From: Eutreptiella sp. 'Long Island Sound 2002'
Lineage: Eukaryota; Protista; Euglenida
Length of the DNA stretch: 64,000 nucleotides
Direction: 5' to 3'
NCBI GenBank assembly: GCA_964036045.1
Contig: OZ038379.1
Location: 35,278,001-35,342,000 of the forward strand
Numbering within the stretch: position 1 is the stretch's first letter; each line of letters opens with the position of its first letter. The notes below the pieces were generated by a model. That model searched no databases, was not told where the DNA came from, and worked only from the letters and a program-made list of their open reading frames with translations. Positions 35,807-48,019 of this stretch are shown piece after piece. The position numbers were made by a program, and so were the translations under genes.

Positions 35807-37002
35807 GACCAGAAATCAAAAGGGCAGATCAGGAATTGAATAAGGCGTCAGAAGAACGGCAAAAATTCAAAAGCGAAGAAACAGGAAATTGCAGTTCGTG
35901 TTTTTCAAAAATCAGACGGAAAAAGTCACGGCGTTTTAGGCCAGATAAGAAGGGCCTGTCACGTCTCACGCGCGCACGTCGGATGAAGCTGTACAACTGG
36001 CTTTTGACAAGGGGCGACTCACATGCCGTCTCTCTGTTGACAACATTGTTTTGCCACATTCGGGAGCTTGAGGGAATCACACATCCGGTACTTCATCCGG
36101 TATCTCATCAGGTGGACAACCGCAAGACAACTGATAAGTTTGGTCCCTGCAAGATTTGAAGCAAACAGCAGCATTGAGGACACAGTATCAAACGCAAAAT
36201 GTCAGACCAAATTTAATCGCAAAAAATGAATTTATTTTATGGGTGGAATACACAGTTTTTGGCTCGCAAATTCAAAATAATCGCAAAAATAAAATATTTT
36301 TGAGGCTATTTAGTGGCAAAAACAAAAATTTTGCTAAATATTAATTGTTTTTTCCCCGCAAAATATTCGTGTTTTTAAAAGTATTCGTGTTTGCCCGGTA
36401 TGCTGGCCCTCTTGTTACCATAGTCGACATTCATGCTGCCTGCCCTCCCTCCCTCTGTGGCATGATGCGGGTGTGTGGCTTCAACCCAGTTCGCGGTGGA
36501 ATGCCGCCTTCCTCTTCTTTATCTTCATCATCCCGACATGACCCACTTGTGCTTTTCTCTCTCTGCGCGTGTCGTCACAGAGTCCAGCAGGTCCTTTTCT
36601 TTTTTCAAGACCGCCCTGCTATCAAACAGGCTCACGTGGCGTGTCACGCAGCTGCTTTGCCGCTGACGTGAAGGGTGAGGAGGTGACTCTGCCGTTTGCA
36701 TGCCCGCAGTGACCTACCAGCCCTCTCACTTGTGCCCACAGTAGCTCCTGTCAATCAGAGCCGAGCCGTCATGCCACAGGACGTCTGACCAGGAGGGCCC
36801 GAGGTCAAATCTCAGGGGTATGACAACTGACGACACTCACCCGTTCTCGGCGCTCGGGTCCTCGGTGACCCCGCGAGCCGGAAGCGACTGATGCTGGTTC
36901 ACGGGTGCCTGCAGATCGCCCTGATGTTCTCCCTCTGCCTCTACCTCCCGTACCTCTCACTTGTCCCTCACTCGCCTGCCGTACCTGCCGCTGGCCCCGC
37001 AG

Positions 37003-37140
37003 GTTCCATTGGCCCGGCTTGTGGAGAACTTGTTCTGTGGCCGCCTTACAGGACTGCCTATCGGGTGTCCAGTACCGGCGCTGGTGCAATGCTTGGGCCT
37101 CGCCACCCTTCATGTTCCAGCGCAGCAGTACTTCCTGCAA
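37003..37140 (+). CDS. Candidate next exon (46 aa) of the hypothetical gene, downstream of the TE-filled intron
   Basis: Long pyrimidine tract, then ccccgcag|GTT CCA...CTG CAA|gtgggc. Phase 0 matches the exon ending at 28124. Confidence 0.5.
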
Positions 37141-37989
37141 GTGGGCACTGTCAGCTACTTGACTCTGTTGTTGCAGCTCATCGGCAGGTGTGGGACCTGC
37201 TGGGCCTTTGAGCAGACCTAATCCGCGAGCAGATGGGTCCCACCGGAGAAGGGGGGAGGGGGCTGTATGCCTGTGGGTGGGTGGGGGCGCCGATAAATGG
37301 GTCAGATAGCTGACCCCCTGAGCGCTTTTCATTTTTTCTCTCCAGAAACTGAGTGTGTGAGTGAGTGGGTTGGTCGGGGCCAGGGAAAAAGGCTCGCAAG
37401 GACTGCCTCGCAAGCCCTGTTGAACATGAATGATACTTCATGCTTGATAACCAGTGTTGTGCAGGCGGCCGGCAAATTGTGGTGCCAGGCGAGCATACCA
37501 ATGGGTGGGCTGTTCTTTGGCCCAAGTGCTGAATTAACAACTTTGGTAAGCGCCTGAGAGACTGGAAGGATTTGAAAGTTTCCGAAGACATCCTCGCCTT
37601 TGGGCAAACAGGCCCCTGTGGCTGTCGCTGGCGCAATTTCGGAATAGTGTCCTGCTGGCTACAAAAGTCGAGGCCTGCACTCTTGTTAGATGGTTGGTGA
37701 TGCGCATGCAGGTCTTTGGCCCCTTGAAGTGCCGTGTGATTGCATTTCAGAATCCAGACACACATGGACTAGTGCGTGCCTCTCCCCTACGTTTCGTCCT
37801 CTAGGAATAAGTCTGACCACAGGGTGTGTGGTGGCCTTGGCCATCAAGCACCTTGCTGTCTAAAGAGTGACTGGTCCTTGCATTACGGTAAGCCCTTCAC
37901 CACCCCTTCCCAGTCTACCCAGTCGTATCTTTCCTGCACTTTCACCAGCAGCTTAACTGCGTGCCTTTGTTGGTTTGGGTAGAGCTGGC

Positions 37990-38860
37990 TCTGTCAAGCG
38001 ACTACCCCAGAATGCAGACCATGAGAGTGATGCACAAAGCAGTGCATCGTGTGTTTGCTGCATTGCGGAGGTCTGCGGAACACACTATTCGCACGGGGTA
38101 TGCCATCTCCCATAATCTGCTTTTTGCCCAGTGCACTGTGGTCAAGCGCCTGTAGCACCAGCTTGCTAAAGATGTTGCGTGGGATTCATGTATTTTTGAA
38201 TTGACCCCCAAATTTACCACACAAATTGTGGGGGTCTCCGCGAAATTTCCCATGCTTGTTATAGGTGCCACAAATTTTCTCCGGCGCTTTCGGCACCTTT
38301 GTTGGTCAAGGCTATATCATTCCCTGCACTCGTACCCCCCGCCCCCTTGTCCATCCCTCCCCCCAAGATCTCTACAGGTCCCCCCGCAAGGGGGGACCCT
38401 GTCAGACAGATGCAGGCAAATCAACCCCGAAACCCCTCCCCCCTGCTCTGGACCCCTTACCCGAACCCACATTAAACAACCACCCAAAGTACTGGAAACA
38501 AACAAAAGTCAGTGAATTACAGGGGGCCACTGACAGTGCCGCTTGGATTTTTTTTTACTGTTTCCTTCCCTTGTTAAACAGGCACTGTCTGATGGCTGGG
38601 TGCCTAGGTAGGCAATGCTGCATAGTGAGTGGCATCTGGGGCGGTTCAACTCTTTTTTAGCAATCAGCAAAATACACCATGAAGTTTTGGGCCTCAAGCC
38701 ATGCACAGCATTACACTGGAGATGGTCTGCGAAATTTCCCACGGCTTTGTCAGCGATCTCTGCGAAGTTTACCGCCGCGAAATTGTCCCGATATGAAATC
38801 TTCCGCCTGTCTCTAGGGTTTTCAGCCTTTTTCTCGTCCAAATGCCCCCCTCTTATTCAG
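37990..38860 (-). mobile_element. Possible Penelope-like RT remnant, interrupted by a short repeat at about 38270-38560
   Basis: ISYRDNF resembles the RYxDD motif, and RLWEMAYPVRIV resembles the PLE L..GYP..I motif. No GIY-YIG was seen. Confidence 0.3.
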
Positions 38861-40239
38861 TTTGCCAGTGCGAACTAGCGTTCAGGTAAATGAGAACTGT
38901 GTGTGTGTGTGTGTGTATGTGTGTGTGGTTCGGTGGTTGCACCCAGCATGGTAGGCAAAGACATGGGCTCTGTCAGGGATGAATTAGACTTGAACTGCGT
39001 GCTCATTTGCACATTGCTCAACTCAGTACTGCATCAATCTTTGACTACTACTACTGATTAGTCCACTCTTTGACAGAAAGGAAGACTGCTCTGCTCTGCT
39101 CTGAGGAGTTTTCTTCAAGTGCTGTTTTTGTGCCTTTGCTCTTGTTTTTGCAGTTCCCAAAGTGTGTATGTGTGTGTAGCTGTGAGCGTTCCATGTACAG
39201 CTCCTGTTGACTGTTTACTCGTCTTCACGGTTCACCTTTGTGTGTATCAATGCGTGTATGTCTCACTTACTCACTCACTCTGCGGGTGATAGTGGCATGT
39301 TTTGGTCCATGGCGGGAACGGAAAGGTGTGTTGGTGGCTGTTGCATGCTGGTGCTGGTGGGTAATGCCCATAGGTCGGTGCCTGGTTGTGGTGCTGCTGA
39401 GTGGGGATGCAGCCACGAAGTAGTCAATACTGCACTTTTGGGGGGGCGAGCAAACATGACGGCTGATGACAGTTTTTTTGTGCTGCAGAAGCCTGACTGC
39501 GGACCATAGTCAAGAAGGCAGAGGTGAGGCAGAAAAAGGTACGCACACGTAGCGGGTGTGTCTGAATAATGTCTTGGGTTCAGTCCCCAGCCTGGATCCT
39601 CCAGTAGGCTGATCAATTGGCAGGGCTATGAGTGTCGCTTTGCTGATCTATAAGGCAAGTCCTGTGCCATCAAATGGGGAGCACGTTGATGAAGGAATCC
39701 TCGTGGATTCTGATCATTTCCCTGCGCCATCTTCGGTTGTACTCGCTGCACATGTGTTTGGTAGTGTTTGATCATTGCATTTTTGCCGTGGATTACCTCT
39801 CCAATGCCCAGACGAGAGGTGCTCAGGGGTAAGAGTCGCCTGCCACTGCACGTAGCCGCACAAGGCGGAGGACATATGATAGATTCCGTGGGTAGGCAGG
39901 CGGGGTTTGCGGTTGCAGGGAGCATTTCCGGCCGTGTGCAACAGCATGACGGCAGGGGAGCCAGCAACGGACTGAGGAGTGTCGGAGAGGCAGTGGAGGC
40001 AAAGGTGGGTGGGCGATGGGGAGGTCCTGCATGGCTCCTGCCCTGGGGACCACGGCTAGGGGAAGGACGGGCTGCTGCTTCGGGGTTAAGCTGCGTCAAA
40101 GGATTGTCTCGGCAGAGGGGCTGTCAGTCAGCTCGGGGGTCTTTGGTAATGCTCTGGACCAGCACATTCTTCGTTCCATATGATTCCTTCACAGTGCTGG
40201 TGGCGAGGCCTACTTTGCCATTCTGGGCGTTGCATCCAG

Positions 40240-40761
40240 TTCGCTCGGCGCATCACGCCTACAACTGATGGCTCAACTGCTGAAAGTATTGGAGAACCTG
40301 AGCATCACCACCACCGAGAGTCAGTGGCTGTTGAAGGCCTCCAAAGTGTGTGGGTCATTGGTGGATGCAGGTGGCGTCCCTCCCGTGTACGTGCTTGTCT
40401 GGGGTAGGCAGCAGTGTCAGCAGGCGGGGGCAGCAGGAGAGTCAGGGGATGACAGGACACAATGCAGCTGTCTCGCAGTGTACCCCGTGGGTGCTTTGTC
40501 CATGCTGGAAATGTGTTTCGTGGTTTGGTGCGGCAGTGTGTCTGGTCGTTCGGTTCATACTTTCCCCTCGCGGTGCCCTTGGATTTTACCCCACAGTGGC
40601 CTGGTCAGTGGCGTCAAACCAGCGTGCCGGCGCCCAGCGTGGCTGCGAGCACGCCACCTCCAACAACACAGGCAACCAGCTGGGCGGCTGGCTCGGCTCT
40701 CCCACTTGAGCTGACTGCGAACACTTTCCAGCAGGGGCGCTCTCAGGATGATGCACAGTAA
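40240..40761 (+). CDS. Two candidate exons (40240-40345 and 40597-40761); frame ambiguous
   Basis: gcatccag|...AAA|gtgtgt and ccccacag|TGG...TAA. One reading gives SLGASRLQLMAQLLKVLENLSITTTESQWLLKASK-WPGQWRQ. Confidence 0.3.
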
Positions 40762-41628
40762 AGTGCTGGCCGGTGCGGATTGGCATGCGTCTCCCGCTAC
40801 GACCCCCTTTTGCGGCAAAACACAACCCAATCACCAAAGAGTCCCAAAAATGGACAAAACCATTGGCCTTCAGCATGACGTCTTTGGTGTCCGGGGTGGC
40901 GGCACTATCCTCCCCCCTTGAAGTCACACACACCACACACACCACAGCAGCTTTTCGGGCGGCTGCTGGACCGGCTACACCATCCAATGCCGTGCCCTGT
41001 TATCTTGAGGGGGGTTGAGCCTCCGTGGAAGGATACCTGGCAAGACTTCTATGAGACAACAGCTTTGCGGTGAAGCGTATGAGTCTACCGCTTTGCGAGT
41101 GCGATGCATGTGCGCCAGAGGCATGGAGACATGAACCACAGAGAGGGTTTGGGTGGGGACGGAGGGGGGGTGGGGGGGTCGCACAGAGCCCATTTGGTTG
41201 CCAATGACTGGCGCCATGGAAATGTGGGCTTCGCAGTGGTGTCAGTCATTGCACGCTTTCGTACCCTTAAAGCGTCCTGGTGCCCGGCCTTTTGCAACGC
41301 TTCACAGCGCCTCCATTGCCCTCATCCTTCTCAAACTTCGAAGGAGGTATTCCTTGAGTGTTGACTGGTTGTGTACCTACGGAAGATGCAATGGCTCCTG
41401 ACATGATTACAATGGATGGGGCCCAACTATTCGCCTCATTCACCAATGGGTCCTCGCACTCCGGCCTGCACGCCCTGAAGTATCCCCCCCTCCCACGATG
41501 TCTGAGGTTTGGGGACAGATGGTGGGGCCCCTCTCCAACAGCCCCCCAATCCCAACATCTGATTTCCCAACGAGTTGGGCACAGCGGCGTGGCGCTTCCA
41601 CAGCGAGACATTGCTGCGACCGTTTCGA

Positions 41629-41630
<2 letters not shown>

Positions 41631-41723
<93 letters not shown>
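41631..41723. repeat. Perfect (TTG)31 / (CAA)31 microsatellite
   Basis: Seen directly. It explains the poly-L/V/C/T ORFs in the track. Confidence 0.98.
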
Positions 41724-41724
<1 letters not shown>

Positions 41725-42303
41725 CGCTGCCGCCGCCGTCGTCATGTTCGCTTTTGCTGCTGCTGCGCCTGTCACTGCGACTGCCCAGTGATTTAGTGCG
41801 TCATGCGCAATGTCGCCGTTGGAACCCGGATCCCACGGCGGCGGCGCGGTTCGTTCGGCATAAGTCATCACAGACGGCACAGGCACATCAGGACTGGATT
41901 TATCGTTCCCGGTGCAGTACTGCCCTGCACCGCCTTGCGCTCGCACAGTCGTGTCTAAGCACAACGACCGCCCGCGATGTTTCTGACTGCCGCTTCTGTG
42001 GTTAGAATGTGCGGTGACGGATGAGGGCCATTGAAGAGGGGCCGGGGCATTTCGATGAAGAGGTGTTGATGCTCACTGCCCTACGGGGCCTTGGCGTGCA
42101 GCCCATTCCCGCACAGAGTGGACGGGATGACGGCGATGAGTCCCCATTCCGACTGGAAGTTGTGGCGCGTCGCGTGTTCCAGGACCGGGGGGTCCCCCGC
42201 CTGACCCTTGTTCGGCCTGACCCGGGCCGTGCTTGCGCAAGGGACGGGGGGGGGGCGGGTCGTCTGACGGCCTCTGATCTGCACGTCGACTGCGGGTGCC
42301 CGA

Positions 42304-43685
42304 ATGCTGTACATTCTCATGGGCGTTCTGCGTCTCGCAGGGAGTCACCGGCGGGCGTACCAGGCGGCAGTGATCGAGAACGCGACCATCACCGCCGGGG
42401 CACATCGTTCTTTGGATCCGTTGGCCATCCAAATGAGTCTCAGTAACACGGGGCAGGCCCTTGCCAAACGGGCGCTGGAGGTGTGTGCTTTCGTCCAAGA
42501 CACTGCTGTGCCGATGGGTCAGGGGGTCCGGGGGCGTACGGGGCAGCTGCCCCGCGCCCCTCAACAACCCCTGTGGCCAATTGGGGGGGGGGGGGGCACA
42601 GGTAACAGGACCCCACATTTGGCCCTGTTCCCTCTGATTTCCCCCTTTACCCACTTCTCACACTTTTGGCCCCGAATCCTCCAGTGCACATTGGCCAGGA
42701 CCACCTTTTTTTTTATTCGCACAAACCCTAAGCTTAACACAGTGCCCTGCATTTGCTCGTGTCGTGTGTGGCCCCACTATTGCCGGCACCGGAGCACTGG
42801 TGTGTCCGCAGGAGTACTGGCGCTCATCCAACCATCACTAGGGTACGGCAGGCGCGCCCTCTTCAGCCGGGCTTCCTGCCGGCCACATTGCCGCACTGCC
42901 AGACCCCTTGAGCCCCGATGCCCCCGGATGGCCCTGCACTCAGATGCTCCAGAACTCGACCTCTGTGTCCAAGAGCCCGCATGCGCCCGATCCCCCGGCT
43001 TCCCTCTGCCCCGTGTGTCACATGCCCCCGGCTTTGTGCAGGTGCAAGAGACAGCCTCGCCAAAAAGAGACTCGCAGATGACTCAACGGGTCTGGTCAAG
43101 TTACGATATTATAAACGGCAGGTGCAGTACGTGTCGGGGTACGTTTGTGTGTGCCCGTGCTCGTAGATGTGCGTACGTGTGTGCTCCTGTGTACAGGCAT
43201 GAGAGAAGTAGGGAGAGAAAGAGAGAGCCCTGGCCCGTGCACATGTGTGTGTGCGTGTGTGTGTGCGTGCTGGCTGTTCTGCCCTGTTGTTGCCACACGC
43301 TCGCCTGTTTGTGTCGGCTCCTATGCAGTAGTGCGATACATGCTGCACGGCGCAGTGCACACGGTGGTTCTGTGCATGCATTTGAAGTTGGTGGCATTCT
43401 CTGTGATCACCCACCTCCCCAGCCCTATGGTGATTGGGACCACGTCCCTTGCGTCATCTTTGGGCATCTGCAGGCCGCCAGGCACCACTGTTCTGTCTTG
43501 GAATCGTCACCCTGGGTTGCTCTTTGGGTGAGTCGCTTACACCCCCCGCCACAGACGAGGAGCAGGAGGAGCAGGAGGAGGAGGTGGTGGTGGTGCACAA
43601 GGAGGAGGAAGAGGAGGAGGACAACCACGATGATGACAACGAAGGAACTGCAAAACCTGAAAAAAAAACCAACCCGAAACGATAA
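42304..43685 (+). CDS. Candidate exons of a host gene, for example 42304-42480 and an acidic terminal exon 43555-43685
   Basis: ...ALAKRALE|gtgtgt donor at 42481. ccacag| is followed by DEEQEEQEEE...KTNPKR-stop. Intermediate exons are unresolved. Confidence 0.3.
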
Positions 43686-46329
43686 CCACGGAAATGGGCA
43701 TTGATAGGGCCTGGGCAGTGATTCGAGCTACAACCGCTACGGACACTTCGCCTCACAGCCTTGGGCACTTCGTGAGGCCTCGCTTCTGCATGACCGGCGG
43801 TGTCAAAGAGTTTCCCCTCCCTCTGAGGGCCACCCCCCCCCACCCCGGTGGCAGGCCGTGGAACCCCACTTGTGGGGAAGTGTACAAAGGGGAAATAGCC
43901 TCAGTCCCAACCCCTTGGCCACCGGTGGGTGCTACATCAAGGTATATTATCGCCGCTCCAACCAAGATATTCAATACTTGTTGGATCATGAATTTCCGCC
44001 CATGCTGGGATATGTGGGCCAGCAGAAGCAAGTGGCCCATTCCGCGTCTCCCAGTTCCACACCAATCCCGAGCCATCACCCCGAGTGGGAACACTGATCC
44101 CACGGAGCACAATTTGCGGTAATTATCATGGAACAGGCGAACTTGTTCTCTCTATGAGGCGTATTTTTGAATGGGGAGTGGTTATCGCAACAATTTTGTT
44201 CGTTTTGAGTATTGTGCCTCGCCATTGTGCCCGTTTGGCGTACTTCCTGCACCCAAAATTGGGGGAAATTAATGCGGTGCTTTTTATTCCACAGCTGATC
44301 ACCCTTACCCTGTGGCGCACCTGTGGTGTGCATCAGGCGTACCTGGGGCTGCCCACACCATGCGAGAGAATGGAGACACGACGTACACACTACGGACGCA
44401 GGGGGGAGGGTTTGGGGGTGGGGAGACACATGATGCGCTCGCCACAAGGAGGACTGAGCATGAGAAAGGTTGAAGGTTGTTATGTGCCCCCGTCCGGGAA
44501 GTGACCCGGCAAGTGGACATCCTGGGGCCGAACAGCCTCCGTTGGGGAGGATACCCCGAGCGCCCATCACCGCTGGTATTGGGTGTCCTCCTGGACGCAC
44601 CTGACCAATGGTGAGGGCCGTTGCCCTCCTCTGTGTGGACCCGATACAGAGCAGTGAAACAGGGACAGTCTGGGGGCTGTGCTGGCACAACGTACCAAGG
44701 GAAAGGAAGCGTGTGTAGGAAGATGAGGATAAGCCAGACAGGGAAAGGAAGGGCACAAGGTGGTCAGAGGCCGATGGGCACCACTGCCTACAGAGGGAAA
44801 GGGTTCAAGGAAAGGGTAAGGGTAAGTGGCGAGAGGCCAATAGGCGCCGCCAACTTCAGACAGCCAAACATCCAGGCGTCATGCCAAGCCCCCCCCCCCT
44901 CCCCTGTGGCAGGCGTGGGGGGGGGCTACAGCCACCATTGCTTTGGTGAAGAGGTAAAGTAGAGGCCTCAGTACTGTATGCCAACGTCTCGTTCCGCTGC
45001 GTCTCTGACATTATAAAAACCCTGAGAAGAAGGCAAAACAGGCAGTCCAACACCTGTGCGCAGTGTGCGCGTGGTGCGGTGCGCGTGTCCCTCCTCACCA
45101 CCAGCCACATGCCCCCCGCCCCCATTGTTGGATGACAGCGAAACAGCCTCTCATCCTGTTCCCCGTGTGCACACAGCTCCTGATCGGACCCCTGCACTGA
45201 ATGGACGTGCCACTCAGAGTGTGCCGTGCATCTTTGGTCCCTTTGCTGCACCTCCGCATTTTGCAGCCCAAAGATCGATAGCCCCACAAAATACTCCAGG
45301 AACAGGACCTCCGAGCCTGTGCTGCAGCGAACGCCGAGGGCCGCCGCGGAGGCACATGCGACTCCCGCACCGGTCAGTCCCAATTGTGGGCGCCTCCCAC
45401 AACTGCAGAGCCATGCCAGTCCCCAGGCGCTGGAGCAGGATTTGGTGTGTGCTTAGTGCCTCACGGTCGGGCGATGGCCCATGGCTCGTGTGGGACTCTG
45501 TGAGCTATCACCTGATGGTATCACCTGAGGGCCCAGGGGAATGACCAGTAGGCCTCAGAAATACCCGTTTCCGGAATTTTACCGTGCACTTATCCCCGAA
45601 ATGGGCTGATTTAGGAAAAATGGGGTAAAATGGGGGAAAGTATGGGAAATTTTGGATGTTCGATGGAAAAATGGGGAATTTTGGGGCTGACAAGGTCAAA
45701 AAAGATGGTTTTGATTGGCAACAAGGCTAGGGGGGGGGGGGTGCATTGGTGAAAGCTCCCGAGGAAAAATGGGCAAAAATGGGGAAACCAAACCAGTCCA
45801 CCCTAGGAACGCAATTTTTGTTATTTGCCCCCACCTCCCCTCAAAACACCCCCCCCCCCCCCATTTTCCCATCGGCGTCGTTAGGATCTCATTCACCAGT
45901 GCTGAGGTAAGTGTGCGTGAGTGTGTGTTGACACCCCCACTCCTACTAGTGTGCCAGGCGGCCGTGGGCCTGCCCGCACGCCCCTGGGGTCTCGGAAGCC
46001 AACTGCAGTCAACCGCAAAGACGCGGATCAGCCGGCGAGTGGGCACGCGGCAGACGAGGGGTAGATCAATGGCGAACAAATCAGATCGGGGCATGATGCG
46101 GGCGCAATGCGAAGTACATCGCGACGCAAGCGCCGGGCGCAAGCTAGCTGGGCGTTGCCCGCGATGCTCTAGCCCGTAGTTCAGCCTCGCATTGCAGGGA
46201 GTGCAGCCTAGGTGTGCGCCGGATGGACTTCCGCGCGCGGATGATGGAGGACAACATGCCTCGAGGGCAGATCAATTGCTGGTACAGAGCATCTCGATGG
46301 CGTGCAAGGATCAAGCACAATGCGGGCAC

Positions 46330-46850
46330 ATACGAATAGGAGCAGGTTGTGCCCGCGCAAGAAGCGGTCCATCCAATCTGTGGCATTAAAAATGTTGGGA
46401 AGACATAGGTGGGCAGCCTCCTGCTTCATTTCACGCAAAATTCGAGGCCGCATCACACGTTGCTTCTCTTCCCTTTTGGTTTTGATCGACCACGCCATCA
46501 TGTTTGCATCCACCTGCCCATATTCCGTATTGAAGCCTTGATGGCATCGCGGGCAACTTGCAACAACTCCTCCTTCTGGGATATCCAACCTCTCAATGTC
46601 TTCTTGTCAAGGGTGTTGTCTTGCAGAATTTTGCGTTTGATGACCCCCTTGTCCAAAGCATCCAAACACTGCAGTTTAAACAACAACTCATGCGATCTCC
46701 GCGTGCATTGGGCAGTTAGGGCTGCAGGTTTTGCGGCCTCAGCACCATGCACAGTCACATCAACGGCAGGCACAGCCACAACCACATCAGCAGCAGGCAC
46801 AGCCACATCAGCAGCAGGCACAGCTACATCAGCAGCAGGCACAGCCACAT
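46330..46850 (-). pseudogene. pogo/Tigger-type transposase N-terminus (psq-HTH plus CENP-B-type HTH), truncated
   Basis: RRSHELLFKLQCLDAL...KTLRGWISQKEELL, then after a frameshift EYGQVDANMMAW...FNATDWMDRFLRGHNL (CENP-B W..RF..RH.L). It is preceded by a 21-bp repeat (AVPAADV). No DDE domain was found. Confidence 0.7.
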
Positions 46851-47386
46851 CGGCACAGCCACATCATCAGCAGGCACAACCATATCTAGTGCCGGCTCTG
46901 CAGAGTTGGACTGCAGAGCCGCAATTACCATGCCATCGTCTGCTGCAGTACACGTCATCTGTCTGGAGGCGGCAGCTGAGACCAGCCTTTGGCCAATACA
47001 CATTGTCTGCCATGTGATCATTCTGTGGGAAGATAGGGAAAACCGCTCACTGCACTGGTCGCTGTATACTCCCACGGGCACACGCTCTCAATCTGCACTC
47101 CGTCGCATGGCGCTCGCATTGCGCCCGCATCTCATGCTATAAAGAAGCCAGTGGCAGGGGGTGTGTACTGCAACAGAGAACGTGTACCCGGCGGCGCAGG
47201 GTGGCGGCCGAGCAAGGATGGTCTGTGTTGCTTGGGCGCACGGCACCAATTGCGATGGTGTAGACACAGAAGAGGCCGACGGCACAAGTGACTGCCCTCT
47301 CCCCTCTCTTTCACCAGAAGCCACCACGCACAATGTCCAGGAACGGGTCAGACAATGATGCGGCGCATCCCTGAGGTCATGAAGCA

Positions 47387-48019
47387 GTGGACCGCAAACT
47401 CAAGCATACGCTACAGACTTTTGAAAGGATGAACGTCAAGGAGAGTAATGTAGAGTACGTGTTACGACACGGAGTGGTCAAGCCGTCATGCGCGGAGGCG
47501 CTGACAGAGGGGACCAAAGCCTCCCGAATACTGCAGATCTGGCTGGCGACGCCGCGTCCGTCCGACGCAGAGCAAGCGTAGCTGGCTGGCAGCGAGCATG
47601 AACCCAATGTACAGTCTATGGCAGTGGCACTTCAAGTGCTGACGGCAGACCAATTGCAGGAGGTGGCCAGGTCCCTGGATGTGCCCCACGAAGCCATATG
47701 CACGGGTGGCGGGTGGACCGTACCTGCAAAGTGGAAAGTGGTGTTGCGCTACATACGGGACGCAACGGGAGCCGATGTCCACATGGTTGCGGCACTCGAT
47801 GATGCCGCAATCGAGAGGCTCTACCGCAGGATAGCGTGGAAGATGATCATGCAGCAACTCATCGACGAGATCTACGCCAAAAATACGGCTGTGGTTGAAT
47901 CGATGACACCCGCGAGTCATCCTCCCGAGCACGGTCTGCGACGCAACCCTCGTCTTCAAAGCACTGGGGCAGTGCCAGAGGGGGTCTCTTCCATGATTGA
48001 CACTTTGAGGGTTTTGTGA
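47387..48019 (+). pseudogene. About 210-codon reading frame with one in-frame TAG (47579-81); function unknown
   Basis: ORFs 47387..47581 and 47618..48019 are in the same frame, and the linker LAGSEHEPNVQS is open. Confidence 0.4.

Larger units (their letters stand above)
29360..36150 (-). mobile_element. Near-full-length non-LTR retrotransposon: long ORF1 with RRM-like segment; ORF2 with APE, RT, RNase H and zinc finger; several frameshifts and stops
   Basis: APE motifs LPQETH, SYIDRAYGS and QDHDPVVI. RT motifs KKSPGPDGVP, WRPIAMSNSIYR, FDVYHAFDS, GVKEGCPLS and AYVDDI. RNase H motifs VYTDGS, YKAELVGI, LDCQGAI and WVEGHVGHQYNE. Zinc finger CTHCGARHNDSVHGVLAHC. ORF1 pieces span 32990-35806. 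Ends are approximate and no TSD was confirmed. Confidence 0.92.
28350..36398. mobile_element. TA-flanked terminal-inverted-repeat DNA element (Tc1/mariner/pogo-type ends, non-autonomous) carrying a nested LINE
   Basis: Left end is TA|CCGGGGAAACGCCAATAT. The reverse complement of the right end is TA|CCGGGCAAACACGAATAC. TA lies at 28348-49 and 36399-400. Both ends have AT-rich subterminal blocks with CGCAAAA repeats. Confidence 0.7.

Noticed and set aside
36085-36115. CTGATGAG on the minus strand near the LINE 5' end (hammerhead core?)
   Set aside because: No downstream GAAA or stems II/III could be built.
41358-42005. Poly-Leu/Thr/Val/Cys ORFs
   Set aside because: These are translations of the (TTG)31 microsatellite.
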